64,000 bases of DNA from Lachnoclostridium sp. UBA7215 (GCA_002490465.1 DKUB01000061.1:15602-79601); one strand, 5' to 3'. Shown: positions 18,954 to 29,908, counted from the first letter of the stretch. The notes: generated by a model from the sequence alone, not told the origin. A program made the numbers and translations.

Positions 18954-20237
18954 TCACCTCCATTTCAGTTCTCCAAGCAATGACAGCGAACCAAAAATCA
19001 CAATGGCATCCCCCACCTCATAGCGCCCTAACATTATCTTCAAAGCGTGATTCACACCTTCAGCTGCCTCCACCTGAGAACACCCCTGCTGCTGCCAGGC
19101 TGCCTGAAGTTCCCCTGCGGGAAGTCCCCGTGGAGACGGTGGTGTCACTGTCATCACATCATATAAAACCGGCTGCAGAATTGAAATCATCTTTTCATAT
19201 TCCTTATCCCGAAAAACCCCCATAATTCCACGGATTTTGGCGCCGGGAAGTAATGTATCAAGCGTCTCCCGCAGAGCCCCGGCTCCTCTCTCATTGTGCG
19301 CGCCATCTGCAATTACGAGCGGTTCACGGCTCACCACGTCAAAACGCCCCCGCCAATATGCTTCACGGATACCGAGCATGCGTTTTACGGTATCCAGTTG
19401 AAAATCCTCACCCAGATGGCAGCATGTCTCAATGGCAAGACACGCATTTTCCATCTGATAACATCCCGCCATACCTGTCTGATAATTATCTCCACAATAG
19501 GAAAACAGACATCCCTCAAGACTTGTCCGGATTAATTTCATATCTTCTTTGTGCAAAAGTGTCAGGTCCGCACTTTTTTCTTTACATTTTTTTATTAGAA
19601 CATCTTCCGCCTGCAAGACACCCGGACAGGCAATTACTGTGGCATTTTCCTTAATAATTCCAGCCTTTTCGGCAGTTATTTCCCCAATTGTCTCACCAAG
19701 TATCTTCATGTGGTCCCTGCTGATCGATGTAATCACACAGGCAAGGGGATTTTGGATTACATTGGTTGCATCTTCTCTCCCTCCAAGGCCGGCTTCCAAA
19801 ATAATTACCTGGCAGCCCTTTTTGACAAACGCCACAAAAGCCACCGCTGTCTCAAATTCAAAGCTGGTAGGTGAATCCATCCCCTCTTCTTCCATTCTCC
19901 GGGCCGCTGCGTCTACCTCTTCTACAGATTCGGCCAGAAGCTCTTTATCAATATACGACACGCCCCTGGAATCCTCAAATTGGATAAATTCTTCCTGGCA
20001 AATAACCGCCGGCGAAACATAACGGCCAACCAGATAACCGCTTACCCCCAAAATGCTGCTGATAAATGCGGCAACAGAGCCTTTCCCATTTGTCCCCGCA
20101 ATATGGATAACCCGGAGCTTTCGCTCCGGGTTATCCAGAAATCTGCACAGCGCTTCCATCCGCGACAGTCCCATAGATATACCGGAACTCTTCCGTGAAC
20201 AGATTGCTTCTATTGCTTCTTCGTAATTCATCGACAT
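18954..20237 (-). CDS. folC: Folylpolyglutamate/dihydrofolate synthase
   Basis: HIAGTNGKGS, EAGLGGREDATN, DGAHN, FGSL. Confidence 0.95.
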   Translation of the reverse strand: MSMNYEEAIEAICSRKSSGISMGLSRMEALCRFLDNPERKLRVIHIAGTNGKGSVAAFISSILGVSGYLVGRYVSPAVICQEEFIQFEDSRGVSYIDKELLAESVEEVDAAARRMEEEGMDSPTSFEFETAVAFVAFVKKGCQVIILEAGLGGREDATNVIQNPLACVITSISRDHMKILGETIGEITAEKAGIIKENATVIACPGVLQAEDVLIKKCKEKSADLTLLHKEDMKLIRTSLEGCLFSYCGDNYQTGMAGCYQMENACLAIETCCHLGEDFQLDTVKRMLGIREAYWRGRFDVVSREPLVIADGAHNERGAGALRETLDTLLPGAKIRGIMGVFRDKEYEKMISILQPVLYDVMTVTPPSPRGLPAGELQAAWQQQGCSQVEAAEGVNHALKIMLGRYEVGDAIVIFGSLSLLGELKWR

Positions 20238-20241
20238 ACCT

Positions 20242-21408
20242 TTACTTTATTACTCTTACACGGATTACTCCGTTGATTGCCTCTAAATCTTTTACTACCT
20301 TTTCTTTGATTTCCGAACAGACATCAAAAATCGTATAGGCATAATCTCCACGGCTTTTATTTACCATGTTTTCAATGTTTACATTATCCTTTGCAAAAAG
20401 CCCGGTAAACTGGGTCAGCATATTCGGCACATTTTTATGCGCTACCGTAATTCGCCCCTCCGTAGAACATACACCGGCATCACAATTCGGATAGTTTACA
20501 GAATTGCGTATATTACCATTCTCAATGAAATCGCGAATCTGACTGACTGCCATTTTCGCACAGTTATCCTCAGACTCCTGTGTAGACGCCCCCAGATGCG
20601 GCGTTACCATTGTATTCGGAAGATTGACGGTAGTCGGGTTCGGGAAATCCACCACATAGCGTCCAACTTTGCCGGACTCCAGCGCAGCACGCATGTCATC
20701 CTCATTTACAAGACTGTCTCTTGAGAAGTTCAAAAGGACTACGCCATCCTTCATCTTATCAAATGCCTCTTTATTAAACATCCCTTTTGTGGAATCCAGA
20801 AGCGGAACGTGAACCGTAAGATAATCACACATCTCAAACAGCTCATCATTACTCTTAACCATTGTTACATCACGGGACATGTTGAGGGCATTTTCTACCG
20901 ATAAATATGGATCGCATCCATATACATCCATTCCGAGCCGGTTTGCCGCATTAGCCACCAGAACACCAATCGCCCCAACACCGATAATACCAAGTTTCTT
21001 TCCCTTAATTTCCGTTCCTGCATACGCTTTTTTTGCCTTTTCTGCATCAGCAGCAATATTGGCATTATCTTTATTGTCTTTACACCATTGAATACCACCC
21101 GTAATATCGCGCGCGGCTAACAGCATAGAAGCAATCACAAGCTCTTTTACCGCATTGGCATTTGCCCCCGGCGTATTAAAAACTACCGTACCTTTCTCGG
21201 CACATTTGTCAAGTGGAATATTGTTATAGCCGGCGCCTGCCCTTGCTACGGCAAGCAGGTTGTCCGAAAGTTCCATATCATGCATTACCGCACTGCGGAC
21301 CAAAATAGCATCTGCCTCTTTTACATCATCCACAATCTGATAATCATCGCTCAACATCTCAAGCCCACAGGAGGCAATTGGATTCAGGCAATTCACTTTT
21401 ATACTCAT
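20242..21408 (-). CDS. serA: D-3-phosphoglycerate dehydrogenase with ACT domain
   Basis: RAGAGYNNI, NTPGANANAVKE, TPHLGASTQE; follows serC. Confidence 0.93.
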   Translation of the reverse strand: MSIKVNCLNPIASCGLEMLSDDYQIVDDVKEADAILVRSAVMHDMELSDNLLAVARAGAGYNNIPLDKCAEKGTVVFNTPGANANAVKELVIASMLLAARDITGGIQWCKDNKDNANIAADAEKAKKAYAGTEIKGKKLGIIGVGAIGVLVANAANRLGMDVYGCDPYLSVENALNMSRDVTMVKSNDELFEMCDYLTVHVPLLDSTKGMFNKEAFDKMKDGVVLLNFSRDSLVNEDDMRAALESGKVGRYVVDFPNPTTVNLPNTMVTPHLGASTQESEDNCAKMAVSQIRDFIENGNIRNSVNYPNCDAGVCSTEGRITVAHKNVPNMLTQFTGLFAKDNVNIENMVNKSRGDYAYTIFDVCSEIKEKVVKDLEAINGVIRVRVIK

Positions 21409-22490
21409 TATGCATTTTCCTCCTCAAATTTTTTCATAAACTCAACCAGTTTTTCTACACCCTCTTTTGGCATTGCATTATAAATGCTGGCACGCATGCC
21501 GCCAACCGTGCGGTGACCCTTGAGATTCTCAAATCCTGCCGCCTTTGCCTCTGCTACAAATTTAGCATCTAAATCTTCATTTCCGGTCACAAACGGCACA
21601 TTCATCAGCGAGCGGTCTTCTTTGCGGACGGTACCCTTAAACAATTTAGAGGAATCAAGGAAATCATAAAGAATTTTTGCTTTTTCCTCATTCCTTTTTT
21701 TCATTTCCTTTAAACCGCCCATTTTTTTGAGCCACTTAAATACTTTTCCGCAAATATAAATACCATAAGCTGGCGGCGTATTATAAAGAGACTGCGCATC
21801 GGCATGTATTTTATACTGTAACATGGTTGGCACCTTCTCATCCGTTTTCTCAGGAATTAAGTCCTTTCGGATAATGACAATAACAACTCCGGCAGGCCCG
21901 ATGTTTTTCTGCACCCCGCCATAAATGACACCATATTTACTCACATCAACCGGCTCAGAGAGAAAACAGGAAGATACATCCGCTACCAGCGTTTTTCCTT
22001 TTGTGTTTGGCAGCTCTTTATATTTTGTACCATAAATTGTATTATTTTCACAAATATACACATAATCTGCATCCTCATCAATTGGCAGGTCAGAACAATC
22101 CGGTATATAGGAAAACGTCTCATCCTCTGAAGATGCAATTTTTACTGCTTTTCCGTATTTGCACGCCTCCTGGTAGGCTTTTTTCGCCCACTGGCCTGTC
22201 ACGATATAATCTGCCACACCATTTTTCATCAGATTCATTGGAATCATGGCAAACTGCTGGGAAGCTCCCCCCTGCAGGAAAAGCACCTCATAATTATCCG
22301 GTATTTCCATTAAATCCCTTAAATCCTGCTCCGCTTCCTTAATAATCGTGTCATATGCTTTGGAACGATGGCTCATTTCCATCACGGACATACCTGTCCC
22401 CTTATAATCCATCATTTCCTCTGCTGCCTCTTTTAATACCTCTTCCGGCAAAACTGCCGGACCTGCTGAAAAATTATACACTCTAGCCAC
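21408..22490 (-). CDS. serC: Phosphoserine aminotransferase
   Basis: GTG start after AGGAGG; YNFSAGPAVLP, GVQKNIGPAG, GHRTVGGMRASIYNA. Confidence 0.96.
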   Translation of the reverse strand: MARVYNFSAGPAVLPEEVLKEAAEEMMDYKGTGMSVMEMSHRSKAYDTIIKEAEQDLRDLMEIPDNYEVLFLQGGASQQFAMIPMNLMKNGVADYIVTGQWAKKAYQEACKYGKAVKIASSEDETFSYIPDCSDLPIDEDADYVYICENNTIYGTKYKELPNTKGKTLVADVSSCFLSEPVDVSKYGVIYGGVQKNIGPAGVVIVIIRKDLIPEKTDEKVPTMLQYKIHADAQSLYNTPPAYGIYICGKVFKWLKKMGGLKEMKKRNEEKAKILYDFLDSSKLFKGTVRKEDRSLMNVPFVTGNEDLDAKFVAEAKAAGFENLKGHRTVGGMRASIYNAMPKEGVEKLVEFMKKFEEENA

Positions 22491-22502
22491 TTCTATATCC
22501 TC

Positions 22503-22627
22503 CTTTGATTTGTCACCAACCAAAGGTTGATGACCTGCGCGCCCTTTGTTACCAGCCGCAGGCTGATAACCTACGTGTGCATCAGCACACTTCTTTTTCA
22601 GGCGCTTCCTCTTTGATTTGTCACCAA
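22503..22627. repeat. Intergenic 36-bp tandem hairpin repeats bounded by a 17-bp direct repeat
   Basis: Units at 22509-22544 and 22545-22580; CTTTGATTTGTCACCAA at 22503 and 22611. Confidence 0.7.
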
Positions 22628-22632
22628 ATTGC

Positions 22633-24318
22633 TTATGCCATGCGCTCTGCCTGGTCCTTTTCATCAAATGCCTCATCAATCGGGGCACCCGGTGCCACCA
22701 TTGGCCATACTTTTTCGTCATGGTCAATCACTACCTCTATTACAAATGGCTCCTTTGATTCCAGGGCCTCATGAATTGCCGCATCCACCTCTTCTTTCTT
22801 CGTTACGCGGACTGCCCTTGCCCCCATGGCCTCTGATACCTTGCAATAATCTACTTTATCCTCCAGAATCGTCTGGGAATAACGTTTTCCATAAAACAGT
22901 GTCTGCCACTGGCGTACCATACCAAGCGCATGATTATTAAAGACAATCTGCACAATCGGAATATTATAACGGGTAGCGGTAGCAATCTCATTCATATTCA
23001 TACGGAAACACCCGTCTCCGGCCAGATTAATGACCGGTCGGTCCGGCATGCCAACCTTTGCACCGATACAGGCGCCAAGTCCATATCCCATTGTTCCCAT
23101 GCCGCCAGACGTCAATAACTGTCTTGGTGTACGGAATTTATAAAACTGGGCCGCCCACATCTGATGCTGGCCTACATCCGTTGTAATTATTGCTTTATTA
23201 TCTGTAATTTCACTAAGGCGTTCCACAATATATGGTCCGGTCAGCCCGTCTGAATGATATGTCATCGGCAGCGCTTCCTTACGTGCCAGAACTTTATCCA
23301 TCCATGCCTTGTGATAATTTTGATCCAGCTTTTTATTCAATATTTCCAGAATCGATTTTAAATCACCGATAATGGAATAGTCAACCATAATATTTTTGTT
23401 AATTTCTGCGGGATCAATATCAATATGAACAATCTCCGCACGGTTGGCAAATTTCTTCGCATTTCCGGTTACACGGTCTGAAAAACGCGCTCCCAGAACA
23501 AGAAGCAGGTCACACTCCGTCACACTTAAGTTGGCTGTCTTTGTACCATGCATACCGAGCATTCCCGTATAATATGGCTCCAGCCCGTCAAATACCCCCT
23601 TACCCATCAGGGTATCTGTAACCGGTGCGTCTACTTTTTTTACAAATTCACGAAGCTCTGCCTCAGCTCCGGAAATCCCTGCACCGCCGCCAACAAAAAT
23701 CATTGGCCTCTCACAACGCTTAATTGCCTTTATGACCGCCTCAATATCGTCCTGGTCAATCGTGTCCACCTGTCTCTGGATTAATGGTGGCGTCTGCGGC
23801 ACAAATTCCGTTGACGCTGAAGTAACATCCTTTGTTATATCCACGAGGACAGCACCTGGACGGCCGGTCTGGGCAATTTTAAACGCCCGGCGTATATCAT
23901 CTGCCAGCTCCTCTATATCCTTCACAATAAAACTATGCTTCGTAATGGGCATTGTGACACCCGCAATATCTACTTCCTGGAAAGAATCTTTACCAAGGAG
24001 GGAATTCGTCACGTTACAGGTGATTGCCACAAGCGGAACAGAATCCATCTGCGCAGTGGCAATACCGGTGACAAGATTGGTGGCTCCCGGTCCGCTTGTC
24101 GCCATACAGACACCGACTTTTCCCGTTGCCCTGGCATATCCATCCGCTGCATGAGCTGCTCCCTGCTCATGTGATGTCAATATGTGACGAATACGGTCCT
24201 GATAGCGATACAGCTCATCGTACACATTCAGAATCGCACCTCCGGGATAGCCAAAAATTGTATCTACTCCCTGCTCTAACAGACACTCAATTAAAATCTG
24301 TGATCCGTTTAACTGCAT
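22633..24318 (-). CDS. ilvB: Acetolactate synthase large subunit
   Basis: FGYPGG, HEQGAAHAADGYAR, DVGQHQMW, GDGCFRMN. Confidence 0.96.
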   Translation of the reverse strand: MQLNGSQILIECLLEQGVDTIFGYPGGAILNVYDELYRYQDRIRHILTSHEQGAAHAADGYARATGKVGVCMATSGPGATNLVTGIATAQMDSVPLVAITCNVTNSLLGKDSFQEVDIAGVTMPITKHSFIVKDIEELADDIRRAFKIAQTGRPGAVLVDITKDVTSASTEFVPQTPPLIQRQVDTIDQDDIEAVIKAIKRCERPMIFVGGGAGISGAEAELREFVKKVDAPVTDTLMGKGVFDGLEPYYTGMLGMHGTKTANLSVTECDLLLVLGARFSDRVTGNAKKFANRAEIVHIDIDPAEINKNIMVDYSIIGDLKSILEILNKKLDQNYHKAWMDKVLARKEALPMTYHSDGLTGPYIVERLSEITDNKAIITTDVGQHQMWAAQFYKFRTPRQLLTSGGMGTMGYGLGACIGAKVGMPDRPVINLAGDGCFRMNMNEIATATRYNIPIVQIVFNNHALGMVRQWQTLFYGKRYSQTILEDKVDYCKVSEAMGARAVRVTKKEEVDAAIHEALESKEPFVIEVVIDHDEKVWPMVAPGAPIDEAFDEKDQAERMA

Positions 24319-24340
24319 ACTCTGCACCTCTTTCTTCATC

Positions 24341-26002
24341 CTATTGTTTCAGAATCGCACCAGTACTTCCCGATGTTACCATATTAGCATATCTGGCAAG
24401 ATAACCAGTTGTCACCTTTGGCTCCCTCGGTTTCCACTGTCTGCGCCGCTCTTCCATCTCCTCATCCGTAATATCCAATATCAATGAATTTTCCGGAATG
24501 TTAATCTTTATGATATCTCCCTCTTTCACAAGGGCAATAGGTCCTCCAACTGCTGCCTCCGGAGAAACATGGCCGATGGATGCCCCGCGTGAAGCGCCGG
24601 AGAATCGTCCATCCGTAATCAGTGCAACAGAAGAGCCAAGTCCCATACCTGCAATTGCCGATGTCGGATTCAGCATTTCCCGCATACCGGGTCCTCCCTT
24701 TGGTCCCTCATAACGGATAACCACTACGTCTCCCGCAACAATCTTTCCGCCTTTAATCGCATCAATCGCGTCCTCCTCACAGTCAAAGACACGGGCCGGC
24801 CCCTCATGTACCATCATTTCCGGTACAACCGCAGAGCGCTTTACAACGCCGGAATCCGGTGCCAGATTTCCCTTGAGGACAGCAATACCACCTGTCTCAC
24901 TGTAAGGGTTGTCAATCGGGCGAATCACTTCCGGATTGCGATTTACGACATTTTCCATATTCTCCCCTACAGTCCGTCCGGTAACTGTCATAAGATTTGT
25001 GTGAAGAAGGCCTTTTTTATTAAGTTCTGTCATCACGGCATATACACCGCCCGCCTCATTCAGCTGTTCCATATAGGTGTGTCCAGCCGGTGCCAGATGA
25101 CATAGATTTGGTGTCTTAGCACTAATCTCATTGGCAATATCCAGATTCAGCTCTACCCCTGCCTCATGAGCAATGGCCGGCAGATGGAGCATGGTATTTG
25201 TTGAACACCCAAGCGCCATATCTACTGTCATTGCATTTTGAAATGCTTTCTCATTCATGATATCCCTTGGACGGATATTTCTCTTATACATTTCCATAAC
25301 CTGCATTCCCGCATGTTTTGCCAGCTTAATACGGTCCGAATAAACAGCAGGAATGGTACCGTTCCCCGGAAGTCCCATACCAATTGCTTCCGTCAGGCAA
25401 TTCATGGAATTTGCCGTATACATACCGGAACAGGAGCCGCACGTCGGGCATGCATGGCTTACATAATCATCCACTTCCTCCTCCGACAGCTTTCCTGCCG
25501 CATGTGCGCCAACTGCCTCAAACATACTGGACAGTGATGTGTTCTGTCCCTGAACATGACCGGCAAGCATTGGGCCGCCGCTGACAAATACGGTTGGAAT
25601 ATTTACCCTTGCCGCTGCCATCAAAAGCCCCGGCACATTTTTATCACAGTTCGGCACCATAACCATAGCATCAAAAGCATGTGCCAGTGCCATACACTCT
25701 GTGGAGTCCGCAATTAAATCACGTGTCACGAGTGAATATTTCATACCAATATGTCCCATGGCAATACCGTCACAAACGGCAATCGCCGGAAATACTATCG
25801 GTGTTCCGCCTGCCATGGCAACTCCAATCTTGGCAGCCTCTACTATTTTATCCAGGTTCATATGCCCCGGAACAATTTCATTATATGAGCTGACAATCGC
25901 TACCAGCGGTTTCTCCAGCTCTTCTTTTGTCAGGCCGAGCGCATTAAATAAAGAGCGCTGCGGCGCTGTCTGCATTCCTTTTTTTACTGAATCACTTTTC
26001 AT
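24341..26002 (-). CDS. ilvD: Dihydroxy-acid dehydratase
   Basis: [36 protein letters not shown]. Confidence 0.97.
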   Translation of the reverse strand: MKSDSVKKGMQTAPQRSLFNALGLTKEELEKPLVAIVSSYNEIVPGHMNLDKIVEAAKIGVAMAGGTPIVFPAIAVCDGIAMGHIGMKYSLVTRDLIADSTECMALAHAFDAMVMVPNCDKNVPGLLMAAARVNIPTVFVSGGPMLAGHVQGQNTSLSSMFEAVGAHAAGKLSEEEVDDYVSHACPTCGSCSGMYTANSMNCLTEAIGMGLPGNGTIPAVYSDRIKLAKHAGMQVMEMYKRNIRPRDIMNEKAFQNAMTVDMALGCSTNTMLHLPAIAHEAGVELNLDIANEISAKTPNLCHLAPAGHTYMEQLNEAGGVYAVMTELNKKGLLHTNLMTVTGRTVGENMENVVNRNPEVIRPIDNPYSETGGIAVLKGNLAPDSGVVKRSAVVPEMMVHEGPARVFDCEEDAIDAIKGGKIVAGDVVVIRYEGPKGGPGMREMLNPTSAIAGMGLGSSVALITDGRFSGASRGASIGHVSPEAAVGGPIALVKEGDIIKINIPENSLILDITDEEMEERRRQWKPREPKVTTGYLARYANMVTSGSTGAILKQ

Positions 26003-26029
26003 ATCTATCCCTCATTTCTATATTCTCTT

Positions 26030-27115
26030 TTAAGCAATCTCAGATGCAATAGCATCTCCCATTTCTTTTGTACCAACAGGAGTTTTACCATCTTCCATAA
26101 TATCAGGCGTCCGATATCCCTTTTGCAAGACCGTTTTTACTGCACTTTCTACCGCATCTGCCTCTTTGCCAAGTCCAAAGGAATAGCGCAGCAACATAGC
26201 CGCTGAGAGCACAGTAGCAATCGGATTTGCCTTGTTCTGACCAGCAATGTCCGGGGCAGCGCCATGGCTTGGCTCATACATGCCAAATGTCCCTTCACCC
26301 AGACTGGCAGATGAAAGCATCCCAAGAGAGCCAGTTACCATACTTGCTTCATCGGATAAAATATCACCAAACATATTCTCTGTTAAAATCACATCAAACT
26401 GTTTGGGGTCACGGACAATCTGCATGGCACAATTATCTACCAGCATATGGGTCAGCTCTACCTCCGGGTAGTCATTGCTGACCTCACTGACAACTTTCTC
26501 CCACAGACGGGAGGAATCCAAAACATTTGCCTTGTCCACACTGCAGACCCGCCTGTTCCTCTGCATGGCAATTTCAAATGCCCGCACGGCAATCCGGCGA
26601 ATTTCCTTCTCATTATATGTCAAAGTGTCAACCGCTGTCATTACACCATCAATTTCCTTTGTATAGCGCTCTCCAAAATAGAGACCACCCGTCAGCTCAC
26701 GGGCAATAACGAAATCAAATCCCCCGCAGACAATCTCCTCTTTCAGCGGGCAGGCATCACTCAGCTCCTCAAACAGGACAGCCGGCCGCAAATTGCAAAA
26801 AAGACCGAGTTCTTTACGGATTTTCAAAAGACCTGCCTCTGGCCGTTTTGACGGTGGCAAATCATACCAGCTGTCTACCCCGACCCGTCCTCCAACTGCT
26901 CCAAGTAAAATTGCATCGCTTTTTTTTGCACTCTCCAATGTATCATCGGTCAGTGGATCACCGAAAGAATCAATGGAACAGCCACCCATCAGCAGCTCTT
27001 CATATTCGAATGTGTGACCGAACACACTTGCCACCTTATCCAATACTTTTTTTGCTTCTGCCACAATCTCCGGTCCAATACCATCCCCTGGAATTAGCGC
27101 AATTTTGCGTTTCAT
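26030..27115 (-). CDS. leuB: 3-isopropylmalate dehydrogenase
   Basis: [41 protein letters not shown]. Confidence 0.97.
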   Translation of the reverse strand: MKRKIALIPGDGIGPEIVAEAKKVLDKVASVFGHTFEYEELLMGGCSIDSFGDPLTDDTLESAKKSDAILLGAVGGRVGVDSWYDLPPSKRPEAGLLKIRKELGLFCNLRPAVLFEELSDACPLKEEIVCGGFDFVIARELTGGLYFGERYTKEIDGVMTAVDTLTYNEKEIRRIAVRAFEIAMQRNRRVCSVDKANVLDSSRLWEKVVSEVSNDYPEVELTHMLVDNCAMQIVRDPKQFDVILTENMFGDILSDEASMVTGSLGMLSSASLGEGTFGMYEPSHGAAPDIAGQNKANPIATVLSAAMLLRYSFGLGKEADAVESAVKTVLQKGYRTPDIMEDGKTPVGTKEMGDAIASEIA

Positions 27116-27154
27116 CGTATCTGTTCCCTCCATTCGTTACCCTCATAATTTTCT

Positions 27155-27184
27155 AGTATAATGCAAAGTGCAACGTTATGTCAA
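27155..27184 (-). promoter_or_regulatory. Sigma-A promoter of the leuB operon
   Basis: TTGACA-N18-TATACT. Confidence 0.6.
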
Positions 27185-27202
27185 GTGGGGATGCCTTGTA
27201 AT

Positions 27203-27544
27203 TAGGGCAATCGCTTAATAATTTAGGTCAATACAGCGATTTCATACTGTTCTTGTCCGGTATAGCACTCCCAACGAAAAATAAATTGTTTTCTCCTGCT
27301 CCCAAACATCACGCCGTCCATTCACAAAACTCGCTGACTGCTGGTGGTGCATTAGTACCGCTGCGTGGCAGCTCTAGTGCAAACGTGCTGTAAAAGCAGG
27401 GAAACAGGACAGCAGACACCTCAGACAATGTTCGGACGGCGTTTTGGGAACAGGGGAAAACAATATTTTTCGGGGAGTAATACAAGGGCAAGAACAGTAT
27501 GATATGCGCTGCCCTTATACCAAAAATTGTTAAGCGATTGCCCT
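27203..27544. mobile_element. MITE-like non-autonomous long-hairpin element with target-site duplication
   Basis: ~115 bp imperfect inverted arms (AGGGCAATCGCTTAA...TTAAGCGATTGCCCT); direct repeat GCCTTGTAAT at 27193-27202 and 27545-27554. Confidence 0.8.
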
Positions 27545-27670
27545 GCCTTGTAATATGATGGAAAGTAACGCAAACCGGAACTTTTTCTTAAATACAAAAA
27601 AACCATGTATTCGCAGGGACACTTTTCACCTGCCCCCATAATACATGGTCTTTACCTTTGCACTTTTGCA

Positions 27671-28108
27671 CTATTGAACGGCTGCTCCGGATGCTGTAAA
27701 GTCAACTTTACCCTTTTCCATTACAATAGTCAGCATCTGGCCATCGCCAAGGTCCATCTGATAGGAAAAAGTTTTTGCATCACTATCATATACCATGGAA
27801 AAAAGAATATCATCCTTTCCCTCTTCCTTTACTTCAATACCGTTTGATTTCCTCTCATATACATAATTTGCAGATGTCGCTGCATTTGTAACAACCAGTT
27901 TGTCATCATCCGTAATCTGCATATTTGTTGCTGCCATCTCTACCGTTGTGCCAAGAGCCTTTGCATATTCTTCCACAGACTTATCATTTACTGTTTTTGT
28001 TGTCCAGTCTCCGGTAATATCATCATAGGAAATTTCACCACAGCCGACAAGACTGACTGTCATCACTGCAGCCAACACAAACGCCAATACTTTTTTCATT
28101 GCTTTCAT
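27671..28108 (-). CDS. Lipoprotein of unknown function
   Basis: MKAMKKVLAF...LVGC lipobox; AAGGAG RBS. Confidence 0.8.
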   Translation of the reverse strand: MKAMKKVLAFVLAAVMTVSLVGCGEISYDDITGDWTTKTVNDKSVEEYAKALGTTVEMAATNMQITDDDKLVVTNAATSANYVYERKSNGIEVKEEGKDDILFSMVYDSDAKTFSYQMDLGDGQMLTIVMEKGKVDFTASGAAVQ

Positions 28109-28230
28109 TTCTCTTCTCTCCTTTTTATGCTTTATATTATGTACCGTATTGTCCAAATCCATCCAGACAACGCACCATTATATCAAAATATCTTCATATA
28201 AGCAACCGTTGATTTTAATTTCTCACCCTT

Positions 28231-29106
28231 TTACAAATCAAAGGAGAGCGGCAGCATATCCAGAATAATTCCAAAAAACACACTGATAAGATATACGAAC
28301 AAAAGAATTCCTGCATTTTGTTTTGGATGCCTCTTATTCATACGGCACAAAACAAGGCTTCCAACACCAGCACCAGCCAGTAGCCCGGCCATCATCGGTC
28401 CAATTCCTATTAATCCCTCTACATACAGCTCTGTAATAAAGACAGAAGCTGCACAGTTCGGTATCATCCCGATCAGAGCAGCCAGAAGCTCGCCTGCAAT
28501 CGGAATTTCCAACACCGCCGCCCGAACTACATCAGCGCCGACGGACTCCAGCAATGCCCCGAGAAGGAAACTGATGATAAAAATAAAAAGGGTGATATGA
28601 AGCGTATGGCGGAATGCAGAACTGAAAATTCCCTCCTCACACTTACAATGCTCACTCTCACACAGCGTATGGATATTTTTGTAACGAATTTCCTTTCGAA
28701 TCAGCCGGTGATATAAAAAATCCAGTACAAAACCGCCGATAATAGCCAGTCCCATTTTTATCCCTAAAATATAAACTATCGTTCTGAACGGGATTGCTTC
28801 TGACAGAAAAATAGGCAGCATCTCATCCGAAGTCGATAAAAATACAGCCACCAATGTACCGGCTGTAATCACCCCTCCGGAATACAAGTTAGCCGCTGCA
28901 GTCGAAAACCCGCACTGAGGCATTACTCCGGCAATACCACCGCAAAGGGGGCCTGCGCGCCCCGCTTTGCGGATCACTGCCATTGTACGGCTTCCTGTTC
29001 TATGTTCTAACCATTCCATAACTACATAAGTGAGAAACAAAAAGGGCACCAGCCTTATCGTATCAAGAAATGCATCCTGGCCAATATCATATAAAAAATG
29101 AAGCAT
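28231..29106 (-). CDS. Putative heavy-metal (Mn/As) transporter, ArsP_2-like permease
   Basis: PQCGFS, STSDEMLP, PNCAASV motifs; His/Cys-rich loop HTLCESEHCKC. Confidence 0.75.
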   Translation of the reverse strand: MLHFLYDIGQDAFLDTIRLVPFLFLTYVVMEWLEHRTGSRTMAVIRKAGRAGPLCGGIAGVMPQCGFSTAAANLYSGGVITAGTLVAVFLSTSDEMLPIFLSEAIPFRTIVYILGIKMGLAIIGGFVLDFLYHRLIRKEIRYKNIHTLCESEHCKCEEGIFSSAFRHTLHITLFIFIISFLLGALLESVGADVVRAAVLEIPIAGELLAALIGMIPNCAASVFITELYVEGLIGIGPMMAGLLAGAGVGSLVLCRMNKRHPKQNAGILLFVYLISVFFGIILDMLPLSFDL

Positions 29107-29146
29107 CCCTTTTCTCCTTTCCCCCTATGCAGCTTACCATCTTTTC

Positions 29147-29908
29147 TTATATCTGGAAAACATTCAGTTTTTTCTGTTCCGCTTCCATTTTCTTCTTTTG
29201 TACCATTAACTGATAATCCTGCAATGTCCGCTGCTTTTTCAGTTCCGAAGCGGCCTCAGCAATATCAGCATCCTCCATCTGGCTCCTGCTCTTCGTCAAA
29301 TTCAGCGATGCAATAGAATTATAGTTTATTGTATAATCCAGGGCGTTACTCTGTGCACCAATATCACTGCGTGTTGAAGAAACTTTGCTCAATGCCTGAT
29401 CGATAACTCCAATGTCAAAATTACCTGTCACATCAAAATCTTTAATCCCCAGAGCATCCAGCGCAGCACTTCCTATATCAATCGTCTGACCATCTCCGTC
29501 AGGCCCGGACGCAATATGCTGCCCGGTGAAGCTTCCATCCAGAAGTTTTTTTGTATTAAACTCTGTGTTGCTGGCAATGCTTGAAATGCTCTGCTTAATC
29601 TGCTCAATTTCACCCTGAATCATCTGGCGGTCACTGTCGCTCAGAACTGCTGTGTTTGATGCCTGCACGGCAAGCTCACGCATTCTCTCCAGCTGCTCAG
29701 ACACTCCGTCCAGAGCGCCATCCGCCACTTTTAATAAATTTTGTCCGTCTTTCGCATTATCTGCTCCTACATCATACCCATTAATTTGGGCGGTCTGTCC
29801 CTCAATAATAGTCTTCTCGGCAGCCCCGTCTGCTGCACTCTGAATTGCTTTTCCGCTCGCAATCTGTCCATAATAACCGGAGCCCCCTCCAACTGCTGAT
29901 ACACTCAT
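29147..29908 (-). CDS. Short orphan flagellin-like protein with truncated N-terminal D0
   Basis: SGKAIQSAADGAA, LERMRELAVQASN, TEFNTKKLLDG, RSDIGAQSN, SQMEDADIAE. Confidence 0.88.
   Translation of the reverse strand: MSVSAVGGGSGYYGQIASGKAIQSAADGAAEKTIIEGQTAQINGYDVGADNAKDGQNLLKVADGALDGVSEQLERMRELAVQASNTAVLSDSDRQMIQGEIEQIKQSISSIASNTEFNTKKLLDGSFTGQHIASGPDGDGQTIDIGSAALDALGIKDFDVTGNFDIGVIDQALSKVSSTRSDIGAQSNALDYTINYNSIASLNLTKSRSQMEDADIAEAASELKKQRTLQDYQLMVQKKKMEAEQKKLNVFQI

Noticed and set aside
22491-22727. 79 aa N-terminal extension of SerC in the ORF track
   Set aside because: It overlaps ilvB and the intergenic repeats; a GTG with a strong RBS at 22490 gives a normal-length SerC.
27320-27435. 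Hammerhead-type ribozyme in the hairpin element core
   Set aside because: No CUGANGA...GAAA core found on either strand by eye.
27134-27670. T-box or attenuator expected upstream of leuB
   Set aside because: No T-box antiterminator motif seen. The promoter lies ~40 nt from the start, and the space is explained by the hairpin element.
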